64,000 bases of DNA from a virus, in IMG/VR virus record IMGVR_UViG_3300032006_002703, positions 32,001 through 96,000 of that record. One strand, given 5' to 3'. A program made the position numbers and the translations under genes. The notes under the pieces are model-generated. The model did not search any database and was not told the origin of the DNA. It saw only the letters and a list, made by a program, of their open reading frames with translations. Each line of letters opens with the position of its first letter. The first letter of the stretch is position 1. Below, one piece after another: positions 18,874-28,345 of the stretch.

Positions 18874-20850
18874 TTAGTGTGGTCCTGAAAATTTACTATA
18901 CTCTATGGGGCCACCCTTAAAGGGTGCCCAACCTGTTCCCATGATCATTGCAAAATCGATATCGTCTGTAGTTTTTGCAACCTTTTCTTGTATGCATTTC
19001 TGCGCTTCTTGAGTCATTGACTCTACCATCTTGCTTTCTATGTCGCACAATATGGGGTTGTCTTTTTGCATTTTTAAAAATACTGGGTTTGGACAGACAG
19101 CTTCCCTCCCTTTATACAGGAAGAATCCTTTTCCGCTTTTTCTTCCAAATTGTTTTGTTTCTAGGATTTTATGAATTATTTGAGGGACCTTAAAATCATC
19201 TAGCCTTTTTTCTAAATCAAGCGCTACATGAGCTGCAACATCGAGACCTATTTCATCAAGCAGTCTTAGCGGACCCATAGGCATGCCAAAATCTAACATA
19301 CAGTTCTCTATGGAGGTTAGCGGGTGCCCGTCCGAAAATAATCTTAAAGCTTCAACAAGATAGGGTAATAGGATTCTGTTAACCAAAAAGCCTGGACTAT
19401 CCTTAACCACTACTGGAAGCTTTCCTATTGAGATTACAAATCTTTTTGCTCTATCTTCTGTCTCTGCGCTAGTTTTCTCTCCAACAACAATCTCAACCAA
19501 TTTCATCTTATGTACGGGATTAAAAAAATGAATTCCCACAAAGTTTTCTGGTCTTTTAAGTCCTTTTGCAAGTTCGGTTATTGACAGCGCAGAAGTGTTT
19601 GTCGCGAGAATTGCATCTTCTGCTAGCCCGCTCTCTATTTCCTGCAGGACCTTTGTTTTTAATTCGAAATTTTCTACAACAGCCTCTATCGCTAGACTTT
19701 GCTTACTAAGGGGTACAGAGTTTTTTGTGAAGTTCAGTTTTCCCAAACAATCTCTAACTGTGGGCCTATCTATTTTATGCTTAAGTACCGCAGAAACAAA
19801 AAGTTTGCCTATTTTTTTGAGACCAGATGCTATTGCGCTCTCAGAAACATCCTTTAATAAAACTCTTTTTCCTCTAGAGGATATCCATTGGGCAATCCCT
19901 GCGCCCATTGTTCCTGCGCCAATAACGACAATATCATCATCTATTTGTTTATCAAGTTTCGGGTCATACCATGGCATTCCATGGGGAAGCTTTTTCGCTC
20001 TTTCTTGCAGAAAGAATACTCTTATTAAATTTCTACAAGCCTTAGTTTTTGCGAGAGAAAGGAACCCTTTCTTTTCTAGCTTGAGTGCTGCGTACTTATT
20101 TTTAAAAAAACTTTTTGCCACAACTTCAATTATTTTATTGGGTGCAGGGTAGTTTCCTCTAGTCTTTTTATAAACACTTTTCTTTGATAGAAAAATTGAA
20201 ATCGGCAATAGTATGGCTTGTGTTAATTTATTGACTTTTCTTTTTGGTTTTTTGGAACCACACAAGCTAACGGCCTCTTTAAAAAGATTTTCCTTGTGGC
20301 ACATCTTATCCACCATTCCTAATTTAAGCGCTTGAATTGGGGCATAGATTTTACCAGAAAGCAATGCCTGTAGGGATTTTGGTAAACCAATTATTCTTGG
20401 CAACCTAGTTGTTCCTCCCCATGCGGGTAATATCCCAAGCATAACCTCTGGGAGCCCTAGTTTTGTGCATTTTTCATTGGATGCAATTCTGTATTTACAT
20501 GCAAGAGACAATTCTAATCCCCCACCGAGGCAGGCGCCATTGATTGCGGCCACGGTAGGTATACTTAACCTTTCTATTCTATTAAAACTCTCTTGTCCGT
20601 AGCGCAAAACTCCACGAAGCCACTTTTCGTTTGTTAAATTATCTTTCATGGATAGAAGATCCGCTCCTGCAAGATAAATCGAGGGTTTCTTGCTGACGAA
20701 AATAAGACCTTTAATATCTTTATTTCCTTCGACCTCCTCCAGGATTTCATTCAATCTAATAAAAAAATCCATATTTAAGATATTTGCTTTAGAGTTTGGT
20801 TGATCAAACTCTGCTACTGCAATTCCGTCTGTTATATTAAAATTAATCAT
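18874..20850 (-). CDS. fadJ: multifunctional enoyl-CoA hydratase / 3-hydroxyacyl-CoA dehydrogenase (FadB/FadJ family)
   Basis: Crotonase motifs AGADL, GACLGGGLEL, GLPEVMLGILPAWGGT; HAD motifs GAGTMGAGIA, EAVVE, ATNTS, GIHFFNPVHKMKLVE, PGFLVNR, PMGP. Confidence 0.93.
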   Translation of the reverse strand: MINFNITDGIAVAEFDQPNSKANILNMDFFIRLNEILEEVEGNKDIKGLIFVSKKPSIYLAGADLLSMKDNLTNEKWLRGVLRYGQESFNRIERLSIPTVAAINGACLGGGLELSLACKYRIASNEKCTKLGLPEVMLGILPAWGGTTRLPRIIGLPKSLQALLSGKIYAPIQALKLGMVDKMCHKENLFKEAVSLCGSKKPKRKVNKLTQAILLPISIFLSKKSVYKKTRGNYPAPNKIIEVVAKSFFKNKYAALKLEKKGFLSLAKTKACRNLIRVFFLQERAKKLPHGMPWYDPKLDKQIDDDIVVIGAGTMGAGIAQWISSRGKRVLLKDVSESAIASGLKKIGKLFVSAVLKHKIDRPTVRDCLGKLNFTKNSVPLSKQSLAIEAVVENFELKTKVLQEIESGLAEDAILATNTSALSITELAKGLKRPENFVGIHFFNPVHKMKLVEIVVGEKTSAETEDRAKRFVISIGKLPVVVKDSPGFLVNRILLPYLVEALRLFSDGHPLTSIENCMLDFGMPMGPLRLLDEIGLDVAAHVALDLEKRLDDFKVPQIIHKILETKQFGRKSGKGFFLYKGREAVCPNPVFLKMQKDNPILCDIESKMVESMTQEAQKCIQEKVAKTTDDIDFAMIMGTGWAPFKGGPIEYSKFSGPH

Positions 20851-22103
20851 TCGCACGTCTCAATTTCTATAGCGGACCCCTGGCCTCCGCCAACACAGAG
20901 CGAGGCGAGTCCTTTTTTTAGACCCCTTCTTTTTAACTCTTTAGCTAAAGTAAGAATGATTCTTGCTCCAGAAGCTCCAACAGGATGTCCTAGCGCTATC
21001 GCTCCTCCATTAACGTTAAATTTCTCATCTGGAATTTCGCCAATATCGTTTTCGATTACTTTCTTGCATGCAAGTGTCTGTGCGGCAAACGCTTCATTTA
21101 TTTCTATCAAATCCATGTCTTTAAGGTTGACTCCAAGTTTCTTGATTGCAAACACTGGGCCAAGGCCCATTCTTTTTGGGTCGCAGCCAACATGAGTGTA
21201 ATTGTTTATTTTTGCAATAGGTTTTTTTCCTGTTTTATTTAATCCTTCTTCAGTCATTAACAGCAAGGCAACTGCTCCGTCTGTTACTTGAGAAGAATTA
21301 CCTGCGGTTACCGTTCCTTCTCTTTTGTCAAAAATAGCGCGAAGCCTGTTGAGTTTTTCTGTCGTCGTATCTTCCCTGATTCCATTGTCTTTAGTGATAA
21401 CTTCGCCGCTGGGAGAGTTAATGCAATCATCGTTTGAAATGTATATTGGTGATATTTCATCCGCTTGAATAAGACTGGTTGCCATGGAGGCTTTCCCGTG
21501 AGAAAGAAAGGAAAAAATGTCCTGCTCTTTTCTGCTGATTTCATATTCTCTCGCTAAAATTTCTGCAGTCTGCCCCATATTAATTCCAGACAGGGGATCG
21601 TGCAGGCCCATGCGTAAACTAATTTTTGGAGCTAAATCACTTAATCTAAATTTTAAGATTGCTTTTAATTTCTCTTTTTTTGTTTTTGCCCCGAAGAGAG
21701 AAAATATCTTTTTAGACGTTGATCTTGAAAAAAGCAGGGGCATTTGAGACATGCTTTCCGTTCCTCCTGCAAGGAATATATGGCCTTCATTAGCCTTTGC
21801 TTTTGCCGAGGCACACGTTACTGCTTCGAATCCAGAGGCGCAATTTCTATGAACGGTTACTGCTGGTATATTTTTGGGCAAACCAAGTCTTGTTCCAATA
21901 ATCCTAGAAACATTCATTTCGTCAGCGGGCTGCCCAACGCAACCGAATATAACTTCATCTATCAAACCTAGGTCTATGTCTACTTCAGATAGGACTCCTT
22001 TACTCGCTGCAATCCCTAATGCAGACGCAGATTCCTCTGCAAGAGAGGTTCCCATCTTGCAAAACGGGGTTCTTTTTCCCTCTACAATATATAAGTCAGA
22101 CAT
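20847..22103 (-). CDS. fadI: 3-ketoacyl-CoA thiolase (FadA/FadI family)
   Basis: RTPF, RNCASG (catalytic Cys), GGTESMS, TAGNSSQVTDGA, NEAFA, GGAIALGHPVGASG, LCVGGGQG. Confidence 0.93.
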   Translation of the reverse strand: MSDLYIVEGKRTPFCKMGTSLAEESASALGIAASKGVLSEVDIDLGLIDEVIFGCVGQPADEMNVSRIIGTRLGLPKNIPAVTVHRNCASGFEAVTCASAKAKANEGHIFLAGGTESMSQMPLLFSRSTSKKIFSLFGAKTKKEKLKAILKFRLSDLAPKISLRMGLHDPLSGINMGQTAEILAREYEISRKEQDIFSFLSHGKASMATSLIQADEISPIYISNDDCINSPSGEVITKDNGIREDTTTEKLNRLRAIFDKREGTVTAGNSSQVTDGAVALLLMTEEGLNKTGKKPIAKINNYTHVGCDPKRMGLGPVFAIKKLGVNLKDMDLIEINEAFAAQTLACKKVIENDIGEIPDEKFNVNGGAIALGHPVGASGARIILTLAKELKRRGLKKGLASLCVGGGQGSAIEIETCE

Positions 22104-22137
22104 CGGCACAGTATATAGTAAATAATCTGTGAGAAAA

Positions 22138-22542
22138 TTACATTTTCCTTAGCATTAATATTGTTTTTCTTAGGTCTGGGTCTATAGGTTCTGGCAATTT
22201 ATCTATCGAAAAATAATCCCAGTCGTTATGCTCGTAGCCATCTGGAGCACAGACTAGGTTGGGCCTGATTCTTTTAGCGATAGGATAAAGATAGCAAAAG
22301 AAATGTCTATTGTTTGTTATGCGAAATTTATTAACGAAGGTTAGTGCGTATCTAGTTTTAATGAGAGTTTCTTCATACAGTTCTCTTTCTGCAGCCTTCC
22401 AGATCGGCTCTCCAGTTTCTACCATTCCGCATGGGACGCTCCAGTAGCCTTCTAGTTCTGTCCCCTTTATGCATCTTTTAAGCAATAAAACATCATTCTT
22501 GCATTTTAACAAAACTCCTGCGACCTTAAGAGAGGAAGTCAT
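22138..22542 (-). CDS. NUDIX hydrolase
   Basis: Nudix box GMVETGEPIWKAAERELYEET. Confidence 0.85.
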   Translation of the reverse strand: MTSSLKVAGVLLKCKNDVLLLKRCIKGTELEGYWSVPCGMVETGEPIWKAAERELYEETLIKTRYALTFVNKFRITNNRHFFCYLYPIAKRIRPNLVCAPDGYEHNDWDYFSIDKLPEPIDPDLRKTILMLRKM

Positions 22543-23605
22543 CTATGATCTCCTTGTTCTCCCAATGCGGACATCCGTCATATTGCATTATTTTAACTCT
22601 TTCTCCTTTTTTCTCCTTGGGACAAAGTGAGCCCCTGTCTTCGTAGAACGCAGTTTTAATTATGTTTTCATCTTTATCTAATAGGGCCACGTATTTCATA
22701 GGTTTTCTAAAAGGACATATATAATTTTTTATTTTTTTTCCTTTTGCATCAAGAAGGAACTCTCCTTTTCTTTTCTTGTATCCCTCCCTTCCGCAGGCCA
22801 GTGGTCCTCCGAAGCTTCCATCGCTTGGGTAATCTTTTTTAGCTGCATACGAGGCCGTTGCGTTTTTGTAAGAGTAATTTTCTAAATATTTTTGTACTGC
22901 TGTCAATTCATGCTCAAAGCCTTCCAGCTCTTCTTCGCTTATTGATGGCATTTGAATTATTCCTTTGCCTGTTTTTCCTAACAAATCAACTGATAGATCA
23001 AACTTAAGAAACACAAACTCACTGCTACTTTTGTATTCTGGGTATAAATGCTTAACCGCCAAAGAGTACATTAAATCCTGTAGGTTATCTGTTAGGTCTT
23101 TTCCTTTAAAGGTTTGCTTGCTTGATTTGAAATCTCTAATGTTTGCAGTGCCATCTTTGTACAAAAAAAGCTGGTCAATGAAACCTCTTATAGAATATTT
23201 TAACGAACCTTTATTTATGTCTATATTGAATTCTTTTTCTATAAATCTCTTTTTAAGATCTTTATTTTCGTCTCCATAAAAATCATAGCCCAGGCCGTTG
23301 ACAATCATTCTGTTCATGTCCTCCATGTTTTCGTCGTCAATAACGGAAAGTCTTTTTGCGTGGGATTCGATTAACTCTTTAATTTCTGGAACGCACCATA
23401 CATTTCTTTCTTTTAATATTTTATTAAATTGCCTTTTTTTTCCTTTTTGAGCCAGTGTTTCAAAAACTAAATGGCAGATCCAGCCTTTGCTTGCCCCCTC
23501 GTTTGTTGTGTCTGGAAGTTTTAAGATGTACTTGCACCAATATGTCCACGAGCATTGCTGCGCGGTTTTTATTCTGCTCGCGGACAATTTGACAGGCTTA
23601 TTCAT
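22526..23605 (-). CDS. PD-(D/E)XK RecB/Cas4-like exonuclease
   Basis: LSASRI...C; GFIDQL...RDFKS; QDLMY; C-terminal cysteines. Confidence 0.82.
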   Translation of the reverse strand: MNKPVKLSASRIKTAQQCSWTYWCKYILKLPDTTNEGASKGWICHLVFETLAQKGKKRQFNKILKERNVWCVPEIKELIESHAKRLSVIDDENMEDMNRMIVNGLGYDFYGDENKDLKKRFIEKEFNIDINKGSLKYSIRGFIDQLFLYKDGTANIRDFKSSKQTFKGKDLTDNLQDLMYSLAVKHLYPEYKSSSEFVFLKFDLSVDLLGKTGKGIIQMPSISEEELEGFEHELTAVQKYLENYSYKNATASYAAKKDYPSDGSFGGPLACGREGYKKRKGEFLLDAKGKKIKNYICPFRKPMKYVALLDKDENIIKTAFYEDRGSLCPKEKKGERVKIMQYDGCPHWENKEIIDDFLS

Positions 23606-24647
23606 TTATTAAGTCAAGAAGTATCTTTTTGTTTTTTAGCAACTGTTTTGATAACTCTTTATTCTCTTGCATTTCTTTAATTATTTCTAGAATAAATCTC
23701 CTCTGCTCTATTTCTTTAATTTCTGTTTTTTTATTTTCCCATTTAAGGAAGTCCTTCTCGTCCATATCTCCGAAGTCATTTTTTACTGGTAGACAGAGCA
23801 TTATTTTTTCTGGCGGAAAATGAGATAAGAGCTTTAAATAATTTTTAACGGAAGCTTTAAGGCCTCTATTTTCTTCCTTGCCTAAATCGTTATTGAATGC
23901 AATTATTATTTTTTTTGGACATAAGGATATTAGCGCACAAATTAATTTTGGTGAGATACTAAGACCGAAAGATACTAATGTGTTTTTATGGCCAAATTCT
24001 TGACACTTTAGTAAATCCCCTATGCTTTCCACTAGGATCACTTCATCCTTCTTTAAAATGCACTCCCTGGTCTCGCTATCTGTATACAGTGGATATATCC
24101 AGCTACTTTTTCTTCCAACATGTTTCCACTTTGGTCTCATAGAATTTTGGAGCATATCTCTTCCTGAAAACCCGTGGATTTGTTTATGTTCGTTATATAT
24201 AGGGAATACGAATCTCTGATTTAGTTGTCCCGAGGTCGCTCTCCCTCCTTTAAGATTCTTAAGTATCTTGCTTGAGATTCCTTTATCATTATAGAATTTA
24301 TAATGTGGAAGTAGTCTTTCTAGGCAGGATTCGTCATGAATTTCTTCTAGTTCGATTTTTTGTGGAGCGCATCTTTTACTATAAAGTTCGTCGATTTTAT
24401 TATTTTTAAAATATTTATTAATTTCTTTCGGGTCATTAGTTCCCAAGGTTGCTTGAATTAACCTTTTAAGCGGTGAGAATCGAGTGCCCTTAACGTAATC
24501 TTTCCACACTCCTGTATCTTTGTAGATTTGTATGGCTGTTGTATTGTCTCCATTTCTGAATATCGCATTCGTTTGCCAATAGGCGCCCCTGTCCGAGAGT
24601 TTGTATCCCAGGTCCTCTAGCACCTCCTTAATTTGTTCGCTATCCAT
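23598..24647 (-). CDS. DNA primase (divergent DnaG-like Toprim)
   Basis: RFVFPI...GFSGR, ILVESIGD, AFNND, KNDFGD. Directly downstream of dnaB. Confidence 0.82.
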   Translation of the reverse strand: MDSEQIKEVLEDLGYKLSDRGAYWQTNAIFRNGDNTTAIQIYKDTGVWKDYVKGTRFSPLKRLIQATLGTNDPKEINKYFKNNKIDELYSKRCAPQKIELEEIHDESCLERLLPHYKFYNDKGISSKILKNLKGGRATSGQLNQRFVFPIYNEHKQIHGFSGRDMLQNSMRPKWKHVGRKSSWIYPLYTDSETRECILKKDEVILVESIGDLLKCQEFGHKNTLVSFGLSISPKLICALISLCPKKIIIAFNNDLGKEENRGLKASVKNYLKLLSHFPPEKIMLCLPVKNDFGDMDEKDFLKWENKKTEIKEIEQRRFILEIIKEMQENKELSKQLLKNKKILLDLINE

Positions 24648-24650
24648 AAT

Positions 24651-26174
24651 TTAAAGAGTCGGGACTGTGTTCTCTCGGTCGCCCCCGTCATCAATTAAAG
24701 CTACATCTTCTAGGATCATATGGTCAACCATATCTCTTAGGTCGCCCTTTTCCGTTATTCCAAAGTTTTCTATCTCAAGGTTGATATAATTTTGTTTAGT
24801 GCTTCCGTCTGCTAATTCTACAGGCTGCAATGCTCTATAAACATCTGGACCTAAGTGCCTATGTTTAAAACAAATTAATTTATGGGTGCCAAAGCCTGCA
24901 GGCTCTGAATCTAGTTCGTCAAGCGTTTTCTTTCTTAGGCTAAATAGATGAGAACTAAATTGAGTAATTCTGTCAGAAAGAGAAACGATACTTTCATCGT
25001 CCACAATTGAATCTGAATTTCTATTCGTGGTTATTCCGTACCTATTACTTTGAACACTGGTAATCATTGATATCATAGGATCTCCTTCGAAACATATTTC
25101 CTTTTGAACCAGGGCCTTAAACTTGTCTACCATTTCTCCGACCACCTGCCACTCGTTCTTATTTGAGAATTTCTCTGAGGTTGTCTTGATATAATCAAAA
25201 CTAAAAATCATCTTGTTTCCTCTTCCTACTTTTGCATAATAAAACCTTTTTATAATATTTAACATTGCGTCCACCGAAAGCCCTGCTACGTTATAGTAAT
25301 AGAATTTTAGACTTTTTACCTTAGGCCAAACTGCCCTAACCTTATTGATTACCTCATCCCCAGCTTGTCTCCATTTTCCTGTTTCAAGTAAATGAAGGGG
25401 AACCCCAGAAAGCGCCGCGCACTGACGCATAGTCAGCTCTTCTTTACTCATTTCTCCGTTATCAAAGTGGAGAACTGGAAGGTTTTCTTGAGAGCCTGAA
25501 ACTTTAATCGAAAAATCCATACAAAAATTTGTTTTCCCGACTCCAGATCTTGCAACAATTACTGTTATATTTCCTGGCCTAAGGAGGGATCCGTAAAGAT
25601 CGTTAATTCTAGAGTGAGGTCCTTCTGGGCCAAAGTCTTCTATGGGATTATTTCCCCTCTCTTCGATCATTTGCTCCATCTCTTCGAATATGTTTTCTGG
25701 AGAATCGGAGCCTTCTTGGTAGGTGTTTATTTGCTCGTTGTAAATTGTATCCGCGCTATTAATTATCTCATCATAAGAGGTTGAGTCTGGTAGTGACCTC
25801 ATTTTTTTTGCGACATTAACTGATGCGTCATAAATGCCCCTTCTTACCGAAACTTTTTTTAACTCTTTAGCTGTTTTTATGACAGAGTTTTCTGATATTT
25901 TGCGCATAGACAGAGCTTTAATGTAGTCTCCTATATTTAGGTTATCCTCAAATGATATCCCCAATGAGCTAACCCTTTGGGCTAATATAACCTCATCAAG
26001 AATCTCTCCCGACTCCAAGGCCTGCTTCAGGACGCAGAATATAGTTTTATTTACTAACGAATTTTCATCGTAGAAGTCCTGCTCAGAGATGAATGGGGCA
26101 ACCTCAACATATAAATTAGGATACTTCATCAAACCTGCGAGCAAATGCTGTTCGTAATCTAGTGAATGGATCAT
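24651..26174 (-). CDS. dnaB: replicative DNA helicase (DnaB family)
   Basis: DnaB N-terminal domain (EQHLLAGL...DFY); Walker A ARSGVGKT; GEMSKEE; FDYI; VQSNR; KHRH. Start at 26174 follows a consensus promoter. Confidence 0.88.
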   Translation of the reverse strand: MIHSLDYEQHLLAGLMKYPNLYVEVAPFISEQDFYDENSLVNKTIFCVLKQALESGEILDEVILAQRVSSLGISFEDNLNIGDYIKALSMRKISENSVIKTAKELKKVSVRRGIYDASVNVAKKMRSLPDSTSYDEIINSADTIYNEQINTYQEGSDSPENIFEEMEQMIEERGNNPIEDFGPEGPHSRINDLYGSLLRPGNITVIVARSGVGKTNFCMDFSIKVSGSQENLPVLHFDNGEMSKEELTMRQCAALSGVPLHLLETGKWRQAGDEVINKVRAVWPKVKSLKFYYYNVAGLSVDAMLNIIKRFYYAKVGRGNKMIFSFDYIKTTSEKFSNKNEWQVVGEMVDKFKALVQKEICFEGDPMISMITSVQSNRYGITTNRNSDSIVDDESIVSLSDRITQFSSHLFSLRKKTLDELDSEPAGFGTHKLICFKHRHLGPDVYRALQPVELADGSTKQNYINLEIENFGITEKGDLRDMVDHMILEDVALIDDGGDRENTVPTL

Positions 26175-26182
26175 ATTGCTAT

Positions 26183-26211
26183 AGTATAGCAAACAATCCA
26201 ACGAATGTCAA
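26183..26211 (-). promoter_or_regulatory. sigma70-type promoter TTGACA-N17-TATACT, 8 nt before the dnaB ATG
   Basis: Minus strand reads ttgacattcgttggattgtttgctatactatagcaatATG. Confidence 0.72.
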
Positions 26212-26486
26212 TCGTTATCTTCGGAATTTAATCCTAAATCTACGGACGTGCCCATTTCTTCCATTTGTGCTAGATATTGCTCCATTGCCTTCCTGAGGCC
26301 CATCTCTATAATTTGAGAGCTTGACTTCGAGATGATGGCAGGGGATCCATTTTGAGCAACAAAGGCTAAAATTAGCCCTTTATTTTCTTCAGCGTCTCCA
26401 GTAAAGGAATATAATTGCTCTAATAGCCCTTCGGGGATAGTGAATTGAGGTAAAGATTCTGGATCAATTTCCATATTGTCATCCAT
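26208..26486 (-). CDS. small acidic hypothetical protein
   Basis: 92-aa ORF; GTGTA-N9-ATG. Confidence 0.6.
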   Translation of the reverse strand: MDDNMEIDPESLPQFTIPEGLLEQLYSFTGDAEENKGLILAFVAQNGSPAIISKSSSQIIEMGLRKAMEQYLAQMEEMGTSVDLGLNSEDND

Positions 26487-26507
26487 GTTATTATATACAC
26501 TACATCT

Positions 26508-26912
26508 TTATATAGCGAATTTTTTAAATAAACCAGAGTCTAAATCATCCGAATCATGAATCTCTATGAGTTTGATATTATTTAATTCACAAAATTCTTT
26601 TTTTTGCTTGTCTCTGCGTAGCTGATGAAGGAAGTTTATTTTTTGATTGTTGTGAAAATGAGGGACATATTTTGTGTGCTGTGCTCCTTGTACCTCTATT
26701 GCTATTTTTTTTGTAGCATTGTAAAAATCTATACTCATTTTTGTTCCTGCTACTGGGAGCTCCTCGAAAACTACTTGGTTTTCCCATCGCGCTTTTAAAA
26801 GCGTTTTTACCTTAAATTGCCTCTTGCTCCTACTGGGCGACTCCCAATCTATTATATACTTTCTGATCTTGCGGACCCTTTTCGTTCCGCCGCTAATGGT
26901 TTTAAAGAGCAT
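26508..26912 (-). CDS. Vsr/DUF559-like PD-(D/E)XK endonuclease
   Basis: IDFY....IAIEVQGAQH...RDKQKKEFCELNNIKLIEI. Confidence 0.75.
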   Translation of the reverse strand: MLFKTISGGTKRVRKIRKYIIDWESPSRSKRQFKVKTLLKARWENQVVFEELPVAGTKMSIDFYNATKKIAIEVQGAQHTKYVPHFHNNQKINFLHQLRRDKQKKEFCELNNIKLIEIHDSDDLDSGLFKKFAI

Positions 26913-27987
26913 TGCTTATTTTCTGAAAATCCTTATACATAAATTCTGTAATTTCAGGATTTGACTCTAGGTATTCGAGCAGCTTTGGTTCGCCTTGTAT
27001 TTTTTCTGGAACCTTTAATCCTGCGTCTTTCAATTCTTTGATAAGAGAGTCCGCAAAACTTATCCAAGCCCCCTTTTTTTGAATCATGTCAAAAAGGTAC
27101 ATCATATCTATAATTTCTCTTTCCTTCCATATTCCGCCATTTTTCCCGTATTTAATCGGGTATCTAACCTGAGATCCAGTTTTTTCATTTACGGATTTCC
27201 TGAATCGTATTTTACAATAGTGGCCTATGGGGTCTCCTTTATCTGCGAGCTTTGAGGCGGTGGGGTTTTTAAACATAATGTCATTATTATATCTTTCTTC
27301 GAACTCTAGTATGAAATTTGCGTAATGTTTTATTGCGTTTCCTCCAGCTTGCTTTACCTTGGGGCCTCCTCGTGCCGCATATGGATTGGTTGCAACCTCT
27401 ACTCTTATCTGGGATGTAAGTATCATCATGTGTCCCATTTTGGTAATTGGAAGAACCATCTTCTTTAAAAATACAGAAGTTATAAGCGCTCCTCCCGCCA
27501 CTTGTTCTGATTCATCAAATGGCTTATCTATGTCTCCTATTCGACATAATGCGTCAACGCTATCTATAAGAAATAAAAATCTTTTTTCTTCAGGATTGTC
27601 GAGGACTAGCTGTCTAATTAATTCAAAAACTTTTTCAAAGATATTGCAATCAAAAATAAATAATTTTTCTGGATCCCTATCTATTCCAAGCTTGTCTAGC
27701 ATTTCATTTTGCAGTCTTCCTTCACTCTTGACTATCACGACCATGCCATCGTCTTTAAAATGTTCTTGAAAGTTTTTCGCAACAGTTAATGCGCAACTTG
27801 TTTTACCTCCCTCGTTTATTCCTGTAAGTCTATGTGCTCCCGCGCAAAATCCCCCGTCTAGAGCAATATCCAAATTGAGGCTCCCAGAGGAAATTTTATA
27901 GTCTGCATCAGCATAGCCATTGTAGTGATATTTTTTGTTTTCCTTATTTGAGAGGAATTCGTTAATTTGATCTATTGCTCGGGTCAT
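26902..27987 (-). CDS. recA: RecA/UvsX-like recombinase
   Basis: SSGSLNLDIALDGG, Walker A GINEGGKT, Walker B LIDSV, SQIR, GGNAIKHYA, KKGAWI. Confidence 0.87.
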   Translation of the reverse strand: MTRAIDQINEFLSNKENKKYHYNGYADADYKISSGSLNLDIALDGGFCAGAHRLTGINEGGKTSCALTVAKNFQEHFKDDGMVVIVKSEGRLQNEMLDKLGIDRDPEKLFIFDCNIFEKVFELIRQLVLDNPEEKRFLFLIDSVDALCRIGDIDKPFDESEQVAGGALITSVFLKKMVLPITKMGHMMILTSQIRVEVATNPYAARGGPKVKQAGGNAIKHYANFILEFEERYNNDIMFKNPTASKLADKGDPIGHYCKIRFRKSVNEKTGSQVRYPIKYGKNGGIWKEREIIDMMYLFDMIQKKGAWISFADSLIKELKDAGLKVPEKIQGEPKLLEYLESNPEITEFMYKDFQKISNAL

Positions 27988-28310
27988 TATTTAAGAAAGT
28001 CTCTGACTGTTTTAAACCTCTTTTCAAAGGTTTTATCTTCACCAGTCTTTTCAGTTAGATTATAAGTTTTTGGCGGTGGAATTCTACGATTAAAGGCTTT
28101 GTATTTTTTGTCTAATAGTTTTTTGCCATATTTTGTTTTAAGAAAAAATAGAGTTTTTAATTTTTCTGGGAAATTGACGGTACTCCAAAAGTCTTCGTTT
28201 GGCATTTTTTTCATAAGCGCTCCCAGCATTTTATATTGTTTAATGTAGTCCGTTTTAGTTTTTAGGGACTCTTTTAAAAGGATTCTTTGCAGGACGGCTT
28301 TTTTGTTCAC
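27987..28310 (-). CDS. basic hypothetical protein
   Basis: 107-aa Lys-rich ORF with a GTG start directly after a consensus promoter. Confidence 0.6.
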   Translation of the reverse strand: MNKKAVLQRILLKESLKTKTDYIKQYKMLGALMKKMPNEDFWSTVNFPEKLKTLFFLKTKYGKKLLDKKYKAFNRRIPPPKTYNLTEKTGEDKTFEKRFKTVRDFLK

Positions 28311-28316
28311 CGTAGT

Positions 28317-28345
28317 ATTATAGCAAATTAATCTTTCAGTGTCAA
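28317..28345 (-). promoter_or_regulatory. perfect sigma70 promoter TTGACA-N17-TATAAT (extended -10), 6 nt before GTG
   Basis: Minus strand reads ttgacactgaaagattaatttgctataatactacgGTG. Confidence 0.8.
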
